Origin: Naegleria gruberi
Lineage: Eukaryota
NCBI GenBank assembly: GCA_000004985.1
Contig: GG738846.1
Direction: 5' to 3' (one strand)
DNA: 64,000 nt
Shown: one piece after another, positions 33,541 to 44,511 of the stretch
Layout of the letters: the number at the start of each line of letters is the position of its first letter
How positions within the stretch are numbered: position 1 is the stretch's first letter
Notes under the pieces: model-generated
Told to the model about the DNA's origin: nothing
Seen by the model: the letters and a program-made list of their open reading frames with translations, nothing else
Database searches by the model: none
Position numbers and translations under genes: made by a program

Positions 33541-33879
33541 TCATCAACAGCTATTAAAATGAAACATTTGAGGATGTTGTTTTTTTTAAATATCATATAG
33601 TGGTTTTCAAAAATAACAAAATAGTACTTGTTGATGCCTTTAAATAGACTATCTAATTTTTAATAAATATTACCATTCTCCTATTATGAAATTGATGAAG
33701 CTGTTTGCCACAATGAAGAAGGTAGTTTTCATAGTTACGAGGTAACAATCTTTTATTGCACACGTGTAAAATTAAAAAAACTTACAAAAAAAATCGAAAA
33801 CACGTTTAACGTAGGATTATTTTTTCATCTTAAACACGTCGTATTTTGATTTTTAATTTCCGATTAATAATTAATACAA

Positions 33880-34905
33880 ATGGAATCTGATCTTTTTGTT
33901 AGTTATATTGCCTTGTTAACCCACGCAGTTATACCAATTATTGTGGGTAGTTTCCAATCACTGGTGCCATCACAAACCGAATCTCTCGAGGTTAAAGATG
34001 CTGCCATGTTTCCAGTGATCGGATCATGCGTTTTATTCAGCTTGTATCTTTGTTTCAAATTTTTAAGTGATGTCTGGGTCAATTTCGTGATGAGTGCCTA
34101 CTTTACATTTTTAGGAATTGGTGCTATTGCAACAGCTTTACATCCAGTTTTGAGTGCCATTATGCCACATCACATGACTGAAAAGAGCAAGGAGGGTGCT
34201 GAAAAGTATCGTTACAAGATTACTATCCCAGTTGTTAACTGGAATTTTGAATTCTCTCTTGTTGATATTATTGGAGGTGTTATTGGAAGTATTGTTGGCA
34301 TTTTCTATATTATCACTAAACATTGGATCGCTAACAATCTCTTTGGTGAATGCTTTTCCATGGTCTCTATTCAATTGATTCAATTAGGATCTTACAAGAT
34401 TGGATCTGTACTTTTGATTGGATTATTCTTTTATGATATTTTCTGGGTTTTCGGAACTGATGTTATGGTTACAGTTGCAAAGAAATTCGATGCACCAATC
34501 AAGGTTGTCTGGCCAAAGGGTGCTGGTTTCTCTCTTTTGGGTTTAGGTGACATTGTTATTCCTGGTATTTTTGTTGCTCTCATGCTCAGATTTGATTACT
34601 ACCTCTATAAGAAGTACAAAACTGGGGTATTTGCCAAGACTTATTTCATCATTACATTCATCTCTTATGTCATTGGTTTAGTTTTAACAATTGCAGTTTT
34701 GCATATTTTCCGTGCAGGCCAACCAGCTCTTTTGTACATTGTCCCTTGTGTTTTGGGAGGTTCCTTCTTGACTGCTGTCTTTAAAGGACAAGTTAGCGAA
34801 TTGTTGGGCTATCATGATGATAAACTTTTAGAGTTAGAGTATCCAGAGTTGGCTGAAAAGAAGAAGCAAGAACAAGCTGCAGCCAAAGAAGAAAAACAAG
34901 AATAA
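33880..34905 (+). CDS. SPP: Signal peptide peptidase (presenilin-type aspartyl intramembrane protease, HM13-like), intronless.
   Basis: It has the YD motif (FFYDIFWVFGT), the GLGD motif (LLGLGDIVIPG) and the PAL motif (QPALLYIVP). The surrounding sequence is closely similar to human HM13 (RKHWIANNLFG..., VMVTVAKKFDAPIK). Confidence 0.85.
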   Translation: MESDLFVSYIALLTHAVIPIIVGSFQSLVPSQTESLEVKDAAMFPVIGSCVLFSLYLCFKFLSDVWVNFVMSAYFTFLGIGAIATALHPVLSAIMPHHMTEKSKEGAEKYRYKITIPVVNWNFEFSLVDIIGGVIGSIVGIFYIITKHWIANNLFGECFSMVSIQLIQLGSYKIGSVLLIGLFFYDIFWVFGTDVMVTVAKKFDAPIKVVWPKGAGFSLLGLGDIVIPGIFVALMLRFDYYLYKKYKTGVFAKTYFIITFISYVIGLVLTIAVLHIFRAGQPALLYIVPCVLGGSFLTAVFKGQVSELLGYHDDKLLELEYPELAEKKKQEQAAAKEEKQE

Positions 34906-34942
34906 ATTAATTATTAATATTAGTATTTCAACCGCCAAAAAA

Positions 34943-37123
34943 ATGCTCCATCATCAACCAGTTGTTCATTCCTCTCATCAACCCTATTATCATCAATCAT
35001 CGGAAAACATAACACCAGAAAGATTAAAATTAAAACAACTGAAACACAGAGTTGCAACACCAAAGCCAGTGATTCATCCCTTTTTTCTATCGAGTCATGA
35101 ACAACAGCATGCACCACCTCCTCCATTCAATCATGATTTCGTGCCATTTGTAAAATATCCTCCAGAATATATGGAACCATATCAAACAGAACCTTATACC
35201 ATATCTACCCCGAACAAGGATCAAAATTATTATTATGTAAATCATCAACCACCACAACCCTTCGATATTCATCCTCATCACTTTGAACAACATTTAGATC
35301 ATCATGAAATGATAATACAACCCTCAAATCCTCCTCAATCATTCAACCATCAACAATTAATAGATGATCAATTGGATGAATTCAATATTGACCAACAATT
35401 TCAATCTGCATTCCCAATTGGCAGTGTTCCAGGAGTGGTAAAACAAGTTCTAGGTAGAGATGATATCCATAGTGAAAAGGAATCAACCCTTAATATTACA
35501 ACTGTAAATAGACCTTTGAGTTTAGATCCTCAACTTAATACACCTTTCAAAAAATTTATTGCAAAGGAGGAAGATTTAAAAATGGGAGAAAAGATTATTC
35601 TAATTGAAGACGAATCTGAGTCATCAGAAATTGAAGACGAATCTGAAGTGTCATCTATTAAATTAGAAGATCCTTCGTTTGTTATTGAACCTGGAAAAGT
35701 TTATGTAATTGACGATTCAGATGATGAAGATGTTACCTCCTCAAATGAGCAAGAGGATCACCAAAGCGATAATACAGATGAACAAAAAGAAGATTCTTAC
35801 GAACAAGAAAACCAAGAGGAAAGGGTGGAATCCGAAGATGAAGAATCATTTCATTTAATATCAGAAAGTATTGTTCACGAACAGACCCTTCCTACCCAAC
35901 CTAAATCACCAGAACATATCAAAAGCAGTCTTGAAATTGATCAGCATAATGCCAGAACCAACTTGTACCATTGGAGTTACGTGTTTCAATACAAACCAAA
36001 GGATGAATTAACTGTTTCTATACTAGGAAAAACTAATATTGATGGAAATAGAAATTTCACCACTTCCCCAATTGTTCATAGATTCAACTCTGATACTGTA
36101 CTTACTCTAAGTGGAACAAAATATGTGCTCACTTCCAGTTTTGATAGTTTGCGAAATCAAGAAAATAGTACTACAGTCAGTGCTGATTTTTTGAAACAAT
36201 TTACTGCTTCTTTGGATGGACCTTTCCCAAAGAATTGGAGAGAACTTATTGAAAAGGAATTTAAACGGTTAGAAGAACCAATATTGGGACCTGTTGAGTC
36301 TTCCAATAATTTCCAAAACGAAAATAATTTTGATTATCAAATAGATGAAACAAATGCAAGCCTCAAACAGGATAATAGCAGCAAAATTGAAGAACCGACC
36401 ACAAAAAAAAAGAGAAACTCAAGAAATAAGATATTTGAGGATCCACCTCAAAAGCCCTCAAAAACCAAAAAAAAAAGAAGAAAGAAATATGATACTAGCT
36501 CTGATGAGGACGAAGATACAGAGTATGCTGAATCACCTCAACCAGAGAATAAGAAAAGAAAGTCTATACAACAAACTCTTTCAAATAGCTTTACAAAGAA
36601 GGCCGATAATTCAATGTCTTTGACTGATGAGCTAAAATCAACAATGCTTGGTTGGAAAAAGAGATCCCATACATCCTCACCTCCAAAAATTCCTCTTGAC
36701 TCTATTAGAGAAATTCATCATGAAACAAACAACGATTTAGAGGATTACAAAATTAATCAACTACGAGAAGAACCACAAAAATACGAGAATAGAATTGATT
36801 ATTTTAAGGAAGACTTCTTTAATGAGATAGGTGGACTTTCGCAAGGAGAAGAGGAGGTAAATGAAAGATACAATGAAATCCAAGACGAGTCAATTTATGA
36901 AGAAAAAGAACCAACACCAAAGAAGAAAACAAAACGAAAGACTAGAAGAAAGACTAGAGAAACTGTAGAAAATTCAAATATTGTAGAGCAAGATCTAGAT
37001 CTTTCCATACCAAAAGTAATTATAGATACCCAGTTCTTTCCAAAAACACGTAAAAAACGTAAAACAAAAACTGTTTCTATGGATACAATACAAAAGGCTT
37101 GGTTTGGTGATTTGGAAGAGTAA
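34943..37123 (+). CDS. Acidic low-complexity protein with a SANTA-like domain (KNL2/MIS18BP1-like), tentative.
   Basis: The central segment LYHWSYVFQYKPKDELTVSILGKTNIDGNRNFTTSPIVHRFNSDTVLTLSGTKYVLTSSF fits the SANTA-domain pattern (W..V......L.V.G......W.SS.I..R.....L.T.SG..Y.L). It is flanked by D/E/S-rich and K-rich tracts. Confidence 0.4.
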   Translation: MLHHQPVVHSSHQPYYHQSSENITPERLKLKQLKHRVATPKPVIHPFFLSSHEQQHAPPPPFNHDFVPFVKYPPEYMEPYQTEPYTISTPNKDQNYYYVNHQPPQPFDIHPHHFEQHLDHHEMIIQPSNPPQSFNHQQLIDDQLDEFNIDQQFQSAFPIGSVPGVVKQVLGRDDIHSEKESTLNITTVNRPLSLDPQLNTPFKKFIAKEEDLKMGEKIILIEDESESSEIEDESEVSSIKLEDPSFVIEPGKVYVIDDSDDEDVTSSNEQEDHQSDNTDEQKEDSYEQENQEERVESEDEESFHLISESIVHEQTLPTQPKSPEHIKSSLEIDQHNARTNLYHWSYVFQYKPKDELTVSILGKTNIDGNRNFTTSPIVHRFNSDTVLTLSGTKYVLTSSFDSLRNQENSTTVSADFLKQFTASLDGPFPKNWRELIEKEFKRLEEPILGPVESSNNFQNENNFDYQIDETNASLKQDNSSKIEEPTTKKKRNSRNKIFEDPPQKPSKTKKKRRKKYDTSSDEDEDTEYAESPQPENKKRKSIQQTLSNSFTKKADNSMSLTDELKSTMLGWKKRSHTSSPPKIPLDSIREIHHETNNDLEDYKINQLREEPQKYENRIDYFKEDFFNEIGGLSQGEEEVNERYNEIQDESIYEEKEPTPKKKTKRKTRRKTRETVENSNIVEQDLDLSIPKVIIDTQFFPKTRKKRKTKTVSMDTIQKAWFGDLEE

Positions 37124-37192
37124 AACTTTATTTTAGTAAATACTTTATTTTCATACTCAACATATTCATTCTTTGACTGAAATTGCATTTTA

Positions 37193-38278
37193 TTAGAATG
37201 GGACAGCAAAAGTAATTACAAATTTCAACACCAAAGCAATAATAGCCAACAATAAGACAACACCCAAAATGAGGATTGCTAGAGCCATTGCTCCACATTT
37301 TTGGTACTTTTCGGATTGCTCCAATTCCTTATTTCCTTGACTGACATGTTCGAAAGTTGCTTCAATATTACGATCAATACGATCAAGTAAAGTTCCTTGC
37401 TCTACAACGAGTGATGAAAATTCTTTGAAAAGTTCGTTCAGTTCAACTATTGATGTCAAAATTTCTCTCAGTTCCTTGTCTCTTCTAATATTTTCCATTT
37501 CATTATCAATTAACATTTTGATCTGTTCGTCCGTAAAGCCTGGATCGAATTGCTTTTGTTCCAATGCTTCAATTCTTTCCTTTTCTTCTTCTGTCAAATC
37601 TTCTTCATTACTTTCAGCTCCACTTCCATTATCTTTGTAAATCATTACATTTTGTCTTCTTTGCTTGAGTGCTTTTAATTTTTGTAAATAATCTTGTTGT
37701 TGTTCACGGAATGCTTTGGAAAGTTCGTTCAATTCCATAACAAGAGCCGATTTTGTATTCTTTTTAATTATATCTTCTTGACTTGTAGGTTTGGCTGGCA
37801 ATACAATACGCTCTATGAACTGTTTTGATCTGACAAATAATCGTTTAATATCATCAGTTAGAATTTCAATTTCTCTTTCTTCCTCTGCAAAATTATTGCT
37901 CTTTTTTACACTAAAGGTACAATGTTGTTTATGCATTTGTGAGAGTTGTTCCACTAATTATTTATAAATATTATTATTATTATTAGAGGAATATTACTTA
38001 CTAAACTTTTTGATGGAATCAATATCAGTTTTTACATTTGTCAATACTTTATACCACAATGGAGCAGAGTTGCTATCGAATTGATCATCATTTCCTTGTT
38101 CTTCATCGGTAAGTGCTCCATTTTTCAAATTACTTGAAGGTGTATAATAGTTTAATTCAATTCCATCATCATCCTCCCCTAACGATGTTGAAAAGTATGA
38201 TTTACGAATATGATGGTAACGTCCCGTCAAGTCTCTACAAAGTATCGACTTCTTCATAAACGAAGCATTAACGCTCAT
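37193..38278 (-). CDS. STX16: Syntaxin 16 / Tlg2-like Qa-SNARE. Exons 38002..38278 and 37193..37953, with a 48-nt intron 37954..38001 (GTAAGT...AATTAG). The intron splits the codon A|TG.
   Basis: The C-terminal SNARE motif plus TM anchor, ELNELFKEFSSLVVEQGTLLDRIDRNIEA...YQKCGAMALAILILGVVLLL, compares with human STX16, [29 protein letters not shown]. The N-terminal exon starts MSVNASFMKKSILCRDLTG. The protein is 345 aa against 325 aa in human. Confidence 0.75.
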
Positions 38279-38402
38279 TTTTAAATATTTATTTAATTTC
38301 TTTTAAATCTTTTTTTAAAATTTGGTTGAATTGCCTTCCAATTACAAGCAACCGTTGCGCTTTGGCCATTGTAAAAATTTCGAAAATTAATTTCAACGTT
38401 AC

Positions 38403-39922
38403 CTAATCATTCGTTCTTGCAGTGGAAGGTGTATTAAATCTACTGACCATACTGGCCAAAGAGTTGTTCAACTTTGGTTGTTCTCTACTGGCTCTTAGAG
38501 GTGAAGTGACTTCACTGGTTGGGGCAGTTGTTTTTGAAGTCTTATTTGGAATTCCATTTATCTTGTCAAATAAAATTCGTAATACCTTTTCTTTTTCCTG
38601 CCATGAAAGAGAGGTGAAGGATGTATTATTTGGTGTTTCATTAGGAATGGTTGGAGTTTTTGAAATTGGGGGTAATACTACCTGAGAGTCTTCTTTGGCA
38701 TAAGTCACAACATTGGATTGACTCTTAATCTGCTCCTTTACTGAACCTAGGGCTTCGTTAAAAAACATTTCCAATTCTGTTCGTTGCTCAAGAAGACGTT
38801 TACCAATTTTTCGTAAATGTGCCAATTCTCTATTTCTCAATTGCACAATTTTTGTCAACTCTTCCTTTCCCTTCTCCAAATCTTTGACTTGATTTTCATA
38901 TTTTTCTTTCAAAATTTTCTTTTCCTCCTTAAATCTTTTTTCAATATCGACCATTACTTTTTCATTATCATATTTGTGATTCATTGTTCTCAATTCTTTA
39001 GAAAGCGAAAAACATTGTTTTGTATATTCTTTCAGCAAATCCTTGTTCATTTCTATTGTTCGGGAGAGGGTTTTGTTTTCCTGTTTGAATTGTTCCTTTT
39101 CTGAGGAACATTCCAATAATTGTTGTTCAGTCTCTTCTAATTTTAATTTCAACACTATATTTTCCTGGTATATTGATCTACTCTTTTCGTCAATTAGTTG
39201 AAGCGCTCGCTCTTCAACTTCCTTTTCAAACTGCTCTTGGAGACCATTCTCCTCCTTTCTTGATCTAATGGTTTCTCTAATAAATAATTGCTTTGATTTG
39301 GTTAGTTCAGAATCAAAAAACTTTCTTATTTGTTCATTTTCTTGTTCCTTCTCCTTATACAGTTTTTTCAATTTTTCCAACTCTTTCTATATTTATAGCT
39401 TAGAATAAGCATGTTACATTGCTCACTTACTTGAATATCATCCTTCTGATTGAGTCCTTTTTCTAACAAGCTCAATTCTGATGTTTTAGTTAGCAATTCC
39501 TGACTAAATTCTAGCTTCATTTCTTCTATTTGTATTTCTAGTTTTGAAATTTGGGATTTATGTTGTTGGTTTGATTCTGCATTCTCTTTTTGGAGCTGAA
39601 GAATAGTTTTGTTTTTTAACTCTAAATCTTTTCTTAAAAAGTTGGTCACTTGAATCTGGTAATATTGAATACGTAGTAAATTCGTGATCAAATTATCGGA
39701 GAACTAACTTACAGTCTCGGACTCTCTTTGCTTTAATTCTTCCTTAAAAGCTTCATGTTCTTGTTTTAATTTTTCATAGGCTTCCTTATAGGCAAGAAAT
39801 GTTTTAATTTTCGATTTTAAACCCTCAACTTCTAGAATTTTATTTTGTAATTCCTCTTGTGATTGACGAACTATGTCCTCCAAAGAGGGAGGAGGTGGTT
39901 GCTCATTACGTTTTGGAGGCAT
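38403..39922 (-). CDS. Coiled-coil protein, possibly ciliary (BBOF1/CFAP157-like). Exons 39713..39922, 39431..39655 and 38403..39386; introns 39656..39712 (57 nt) and 39387..39430 (44 nt).
   Basis: The N-terminus MPPKRNEQPPPP... and the almost continuous heptad coiled coil are features shared with DUF4515-type ciliary coiled-coil proteins. The family call is weak. The intron calls rest on GTAAGT donors and restoration of a continuous open frame: the 57-nt intron is in frame and contains a stop, and the 44-nt intron changes frame. Confidence 0.5.
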
Positions 39923-39983
39923 TATTTTGTTTTTTTTCTGTAAATAATATTGGACATTTAAATAATCAATGGTTGTCACAAGT

Positions 39984-41584
39984 TTATTTTCTTGGTTGAA
40001 TTTTTAGTGACATGTTATATAACTCATCTTCTCCTCTTGGTTTGTAAGAATCAATGGCTGCTTGAATTTCTTCTTTTGGAATTATTTCATAGTCACGATC
40101 TTGAAACCTTAATATATTGTACATGATTGCATATTGACTGATTGCTTTGTAAAAATTTAGTTTGCCATCCACAAGTGTTGGGTTACCGTCATCAGCAAAC
40201 AAAAAATCCTTGAGGTAAATCCCAATGTATGGAGTTGCTGGTTCTCCTTCAACAAAGCACTTGTCAGTGGCATCTCTCATACTTTTATAGTTTATATCCT
40301 GAGAACAAAATTTACAAATATCCTCATATTGTTTTTGAGTTTTCTCTTCAAGAAGGCTCCACGTATCGACAAGACGGGAAACTGATGATGTTCCCAATGA
40401 GCTGTAAATTGCCATAATCATATTGAAACTATTCAAATCCTTTAAATGTTCACATGTTTTGATAACTGTTTCAATCATTTTTTTTCTAAACATTGGGTTT
40501 GATTCGCTGACAATTTGAAATACTACATAACTGCTGACCTTATTAAATAATGTTGTTACTGAAATAATATTTGGAGCCATGAATTTTTTCTTCTCCTTAT
40601 TCCAAGATTGACCCAACATTTCAGTGAATTTAATCTTTTTGTAAAGAGAGTGATCCATCGCTGTTAGAGTCTCTGCAAAATCTCTTGCATCCACTTTCAA
40701 TAGGGTCAATCTTTGTTCTAACCTTGTTGAGGATCTCTTGTCCTTTTTTTCTGCCAACTCTTTTTCTCTTTTTTCATCTTCTTGCCAAGGATGTAATCGA
40801 CTGGCATCTTTCATTGCAAGCAGTGTTCTTTTTGCAATAAAAGAAACAGGACTTTCAATCATTCTAGTACTACAAAAGTTAGTAAGTTGCCTTATCATCT
40901 TATCATCAAAATCATAGTAATGATTTTCTACCCACTCTAATATTAATTTTGCTGTAATTATTTGAGCATTTGATTTCAGATCTGTGTGATAATGATATTC
41001 GTCAAGAGATTCATACTGACCAATCGGAACAGTTGCACTCTCGGATGAAGAATTAAGAGGAGGAACATCAAATCTCTCTAATAGTTTCTGGAGAACGAAT
41101 TTAGGTTTAACAAAGCTTCTATAACATAACCAAAATACTTTGACAAAGAATGGCTCAAATCTTGTTTCATCAGTGAGTAAAAGGATTAATCGATTAAGAC
41201 TAATGAATTTTGGTATATTGCCTGGATAGAGTTTGGGGCAAGGTGATTTGGAAAATGTGATAGATTCAGGACATGCCATTGGTTCCTCATTGATCGGGGT
41301 CATTTGTTGGATTGGTAGTGAAAATTGAGAACTAAAAGCTATTATTATAATTATTAATTATTATTCCTCAATTACATACTTTCTTCACGATTGAAAATTA
41401 GTAACTTATCTCCATTCATAAAGTGGATTATTTTCTGAGGTCTGAGAGGGCTTGGTGGTTTTCCATCATATAATTTACTATAATATTCGTTTGCTATTTC
41501 TACACAGTGATGAGCCCTCAACTTGGATTCCTTCAGGCTTAACACAATAGGAGTAAAACCTGATATTCTAATATACAACAACAT
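39984..41584 (-). CDS. Ras guanine-nucleotide exchange factor with REM (RasGEF_N) and CDC25-homology domains. Exons 41380..41584 and 39984..41338, with a 41-nt intron 41339..41379 (GTATGT...AATAG). Further 5' exons are possible.
   Basis: There is a REM-like N-terminal region (KFISLNRLILLLTDETRFEPFF...) and a CDC25-type catalytic region (...FNMIMAIYSSLGTSSVSRL...YKSMRDA...PYIGIYLKDFLFADDGNP...). The intron joins ...LIFNREE to TFSSQFSLPIQQMTPINEEP and fixes the frame offset between the two ORFs. Confidence 0.7.
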
Positions 41585-41697
41585 ATTTCTATTTTTTTAA
41601 GGGTATAAAAATAAACCTATTTTCGAAGCTCCTACGCCACCAGCATAATTTAAGTGGATTTTTTGAGCATATCGAATGACAAATTTCAACCTCCTAT

Positions 41698-42504
41698 TTA
41701 TTCTTTTTGTTGAGCTTTTAATTTTTGTAATCTCTTTTGGTTTTCTATTTCTTGAAGAATTTCTCTGTGGTTAACTTGAGGTACATTTTTCATTTCTTCA
41801 GTAGGTTGACTTCTCTTTACAACCTCTCCAAGAATTTGATCTTGTCTTTCCTTGTTAACCATTGTGTGTTGAGCTTCGACAGCAAACCAAGATATTAAAG
41901 AAATAAACAATACTAATGCCAAACTGAGACGAGCAGGAATTTTCTTTCTGTTTGAATGGCGAGTTCTAACCTCACCATACAATTTGATCATTTCATCAAT
42001 TTGTTGTTTGGCGTATTCCTTTTCCTCGGTTGTTGCAGTTGGATTGATAAGAAGTTTAATGAAACGATCGAAACGATCATGATCCTTTATCCACCACCTA
42101 AGTTGTTGTCTCATTGTAATTTTTTTATATTCTGCAGTTTCGTCAACCTTTGATTGTTCCCAAGCTTTTTTGAATTCGTTTGGATCCAAATTGTTGAAAA
42201 ATTGTTTTTGGAATGAATCTTTAATTTCCTCTCTTCTTTGTTCAAAGTCCTCTGCCTCTAATTGTTCTTCTCTTTCTTGTTTCATCTTTTCATATGATGT
42301 TTGTGTTGGTGTATTATTCTTTTGAAGAGGGGATGGTGGTTGTGAGAGTGCAGATTTTCCTCCAAACATTGGTTTTCTATTTGATGCTGATGTTGAATTT
42401 AATGTTGAACAATGATGATAAGAACATTTTAGAATGGCGGAACGTGGAAGCAAAATTTGCTTTCTGAGGGATGATTTAATCATTTTTTTAAAATTGTTTT
42501 TCAA
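41698..42504 (-). CDS. Hypothetical protein with a single C-terminal-proximal TM helix and an N-terminal presequence-like region, possibly mitochondrial.
   Basis: A 268-aa ORF. Residues 1-40 are basic and hydroxylated (MKNNFKKMIKSSLRKQILLPRSAILK...). There is a hydrophobic helix LSLALVLFISLISWFAV. No family assignment. Confidence 0.4.
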   Translation of the reverse strand: MKNNFKKMIKSSLRKQILLPRSAILKCSYHHCSTLNSTSASNRKPMFGGKSALSQPPSPLQKNNTPTQTSYEKMKQEREEQLEAEDFEQRREEIKDSFQKQFFNNLDPNEFKKAWEQSKVDETAEYKKITMRQQLRWWIKDHDRFDRFIKLLINPTATTEEKEYAKQQIDEMIKLYGEVRTRHSNRKKIPARLSLALVLFISLISWFAVEAQHTMVNKERQDQILGEVVKRSQPTEEMKNVPQVNHREILQEIENQKRLQKLKAQQKE

Positions 42505-42545
42505 AATTTAAAATAATTGTCGGCTTTTCTCTCAAGATGGCGAAA

Positions 42546-44410
42546 TTAATGATATAAAGACTTCAAATTGGATGAGTCAAGATTTTTCACCTTCTTTGAT
42601 TCTGACTGGGTTGGTAGATTGAGTGGATTTTCAATAGCAAATTTAAGGGCTCGATATGTGTTCTTCTTATCAGAAAGATTCGTCCTATAGAGATCAACGT
42701 TTTCATTGTACAAGTTCAAATTTTGTTTTTCTTTCGAAATACAAACATTTTTCTTAATTTCCTCATTCATAGAATCATCAATATTACTTAAGGCAACATC
42801 TAAATCAAACCAATCCTTATTGAATTCATATCTGTCGGCTGGAGCTTTTAAGTTTTGTCTAAAATCTTTAACGTCATATGTCACATTTACTTTTCTGCCA
42901 ATATCTTTCATTCTGTCATAGGATTCTGTTATCTTCTTAATTTCTGCTGTAGATTGCTGGCTGAACAATTTTGTTGTTGGTGATCTAAATGGACTCTTTG
43001 GGGTAAGGATTTTATCTGCTGTGTTATTTTCTTTTTGGATGGCTTTGAGATCTAACCTAGGTACTGCTGTTATGAAGAATGAGCTCTCCTGCGTTTCCTC
43101 TTGTTCTACAACTTCTATTGACGTTAATGGTTCCTGTTCCTTTATCTGGGGTGTACTCTTCTTGTTAATCTTATTTATATTAATTACCTGATTCTTTTTG
43201 TAAAACTGAGCGACTGGTACCTTAGATGAAGGGAGTTGTATGTTGTTGTCAATTAAAAGATTGATTGAATTCTTTTCACAATTATATCTGGCCCGTTCAA
43301 CATCTTTTGGTCTTGCAGATATTGGGTTCATGAATACGTCTAATACTTCCAGACACACAAAATCCATTACATACAGATCCTCATGAAAAGTAATAAAATT
43401 CTCTTGTAACGAGATATTTTTCAGGTTCTGGAATACTTCTTTCCTTATTCGTGGTATTCTCTCTATTTTGTTCTTATTAAGATTGGCCTGGACCAAACTA
43501 TTATAATTTAATGTTAGAAACAACATCCAAACAACGTACGTTGAAATTGAGCTTAGGGAAAGGAACACTCCATGATCAAGAACATTGTCCTCTAAAATAA
43601 TTTCTTCCAATTTAAAATGTGATAAATCATTTGGAAGACCTTGTAAATTATTTCCACTCAAATCCAATTTTTTCAAAGATTTCAATTTTCCCAACTCGTG
43701 AAATAGGTAAGGATCTGAAAAAGTATTATAGGAAATATTAAGAACCTGGCATGTGTAATTCTCAGAGATATTGTGATATGCTTACCTCCAATTTTGAAAA
43801 GGCTCCCTCGATATTATCTGGAACAGTAACCTTATTTAAAGCATTACAACCAATATTTAAATCTCTAAGAGATGATAGTACAGCAAACTTCTCAAATGGT
43901 AAATAATTTCCAGATACATCAATATAGTACAAGTTTTCAAAAAGAATCAACTCATTTTCATCCACATAATCCAAATCCTTGTCCCCAACAATACATTCCA
44001 AAACTTCTGATTCTGTTTCCGCATGGGTAATCCTCAACTTTATACAATCTTTCTTAATTCCAAACAAAAAAACTTACAATTAGATACTTTGAGAGTGGCT
44101 TATATTTTCTTCCAATTGATTGATTAGATTTTGATCTAAGTTCGGGAAGGGCTACTTCATTCCTATTCATCACAATTTCTCTGTGTGCAACAGATTCCTC
44201 GGTTAACTTGTATATGAGCGTCTCCGACTTGGCCGTATTGATGGCAGTGTTGTTCTTATTTTTCTCAATTACAAATGTGTTAGGTCCCATCATTTTTATT
44301 CCGTGAAGCCTCTTGGCGTAGCTTGATCCTGGAGGAATTTGAGGAAGTCCGTTAAAATCAAACTGAGGTAATTCAACTCTAGTTCTCAATAGCCTCACTT
44401 GATTGTCCAT
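42546..44410 (-). CDS. Leucine-rich-repeat protein, possibly a ciliary LRR protein. Three exons: 44079..44410, 43786..44052 (or ..44037) and 42546..43745. Introns: 44053..44078 (25 nt) or 44038..44078 (40 nt), and 43746..43785 (40 nt).
   Basis: Three ORFs in different frames join through GTAAGT/GTAAGC donors to give continuous LRRs (LxxLxLxxNxL: VLNISYNTFSDPYLFHELGKLKSLKKLDLSGNNLQGLP...). Both introns offer two in-frame acceptor choices, giving 25 or 40 nt. The 40-nt versions match the genome-wide intron size. Confidence 0.6.
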
Positions 44411-44511
44411 TTTTTTTTAAAATTAAAAAGATGTTTATTCGTAGTATTTTTAGCGGGAGATGTAAAATGTTCTCCACCTCAGTAGAACTCTAACCAACCA
44501 ACGCCATTTAT

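Noticed and set aside
41585-41700. A possible extra 5' exon of the RasGEF gene (minus strand, reading ...YAGGVGASKIG... with a GTTTAT...AATAG mini-intron).
   Set aside because: Several equally plausible frame and splice combinations exist and none has homology support. I kept the ATG at 41584 as the provisional start.
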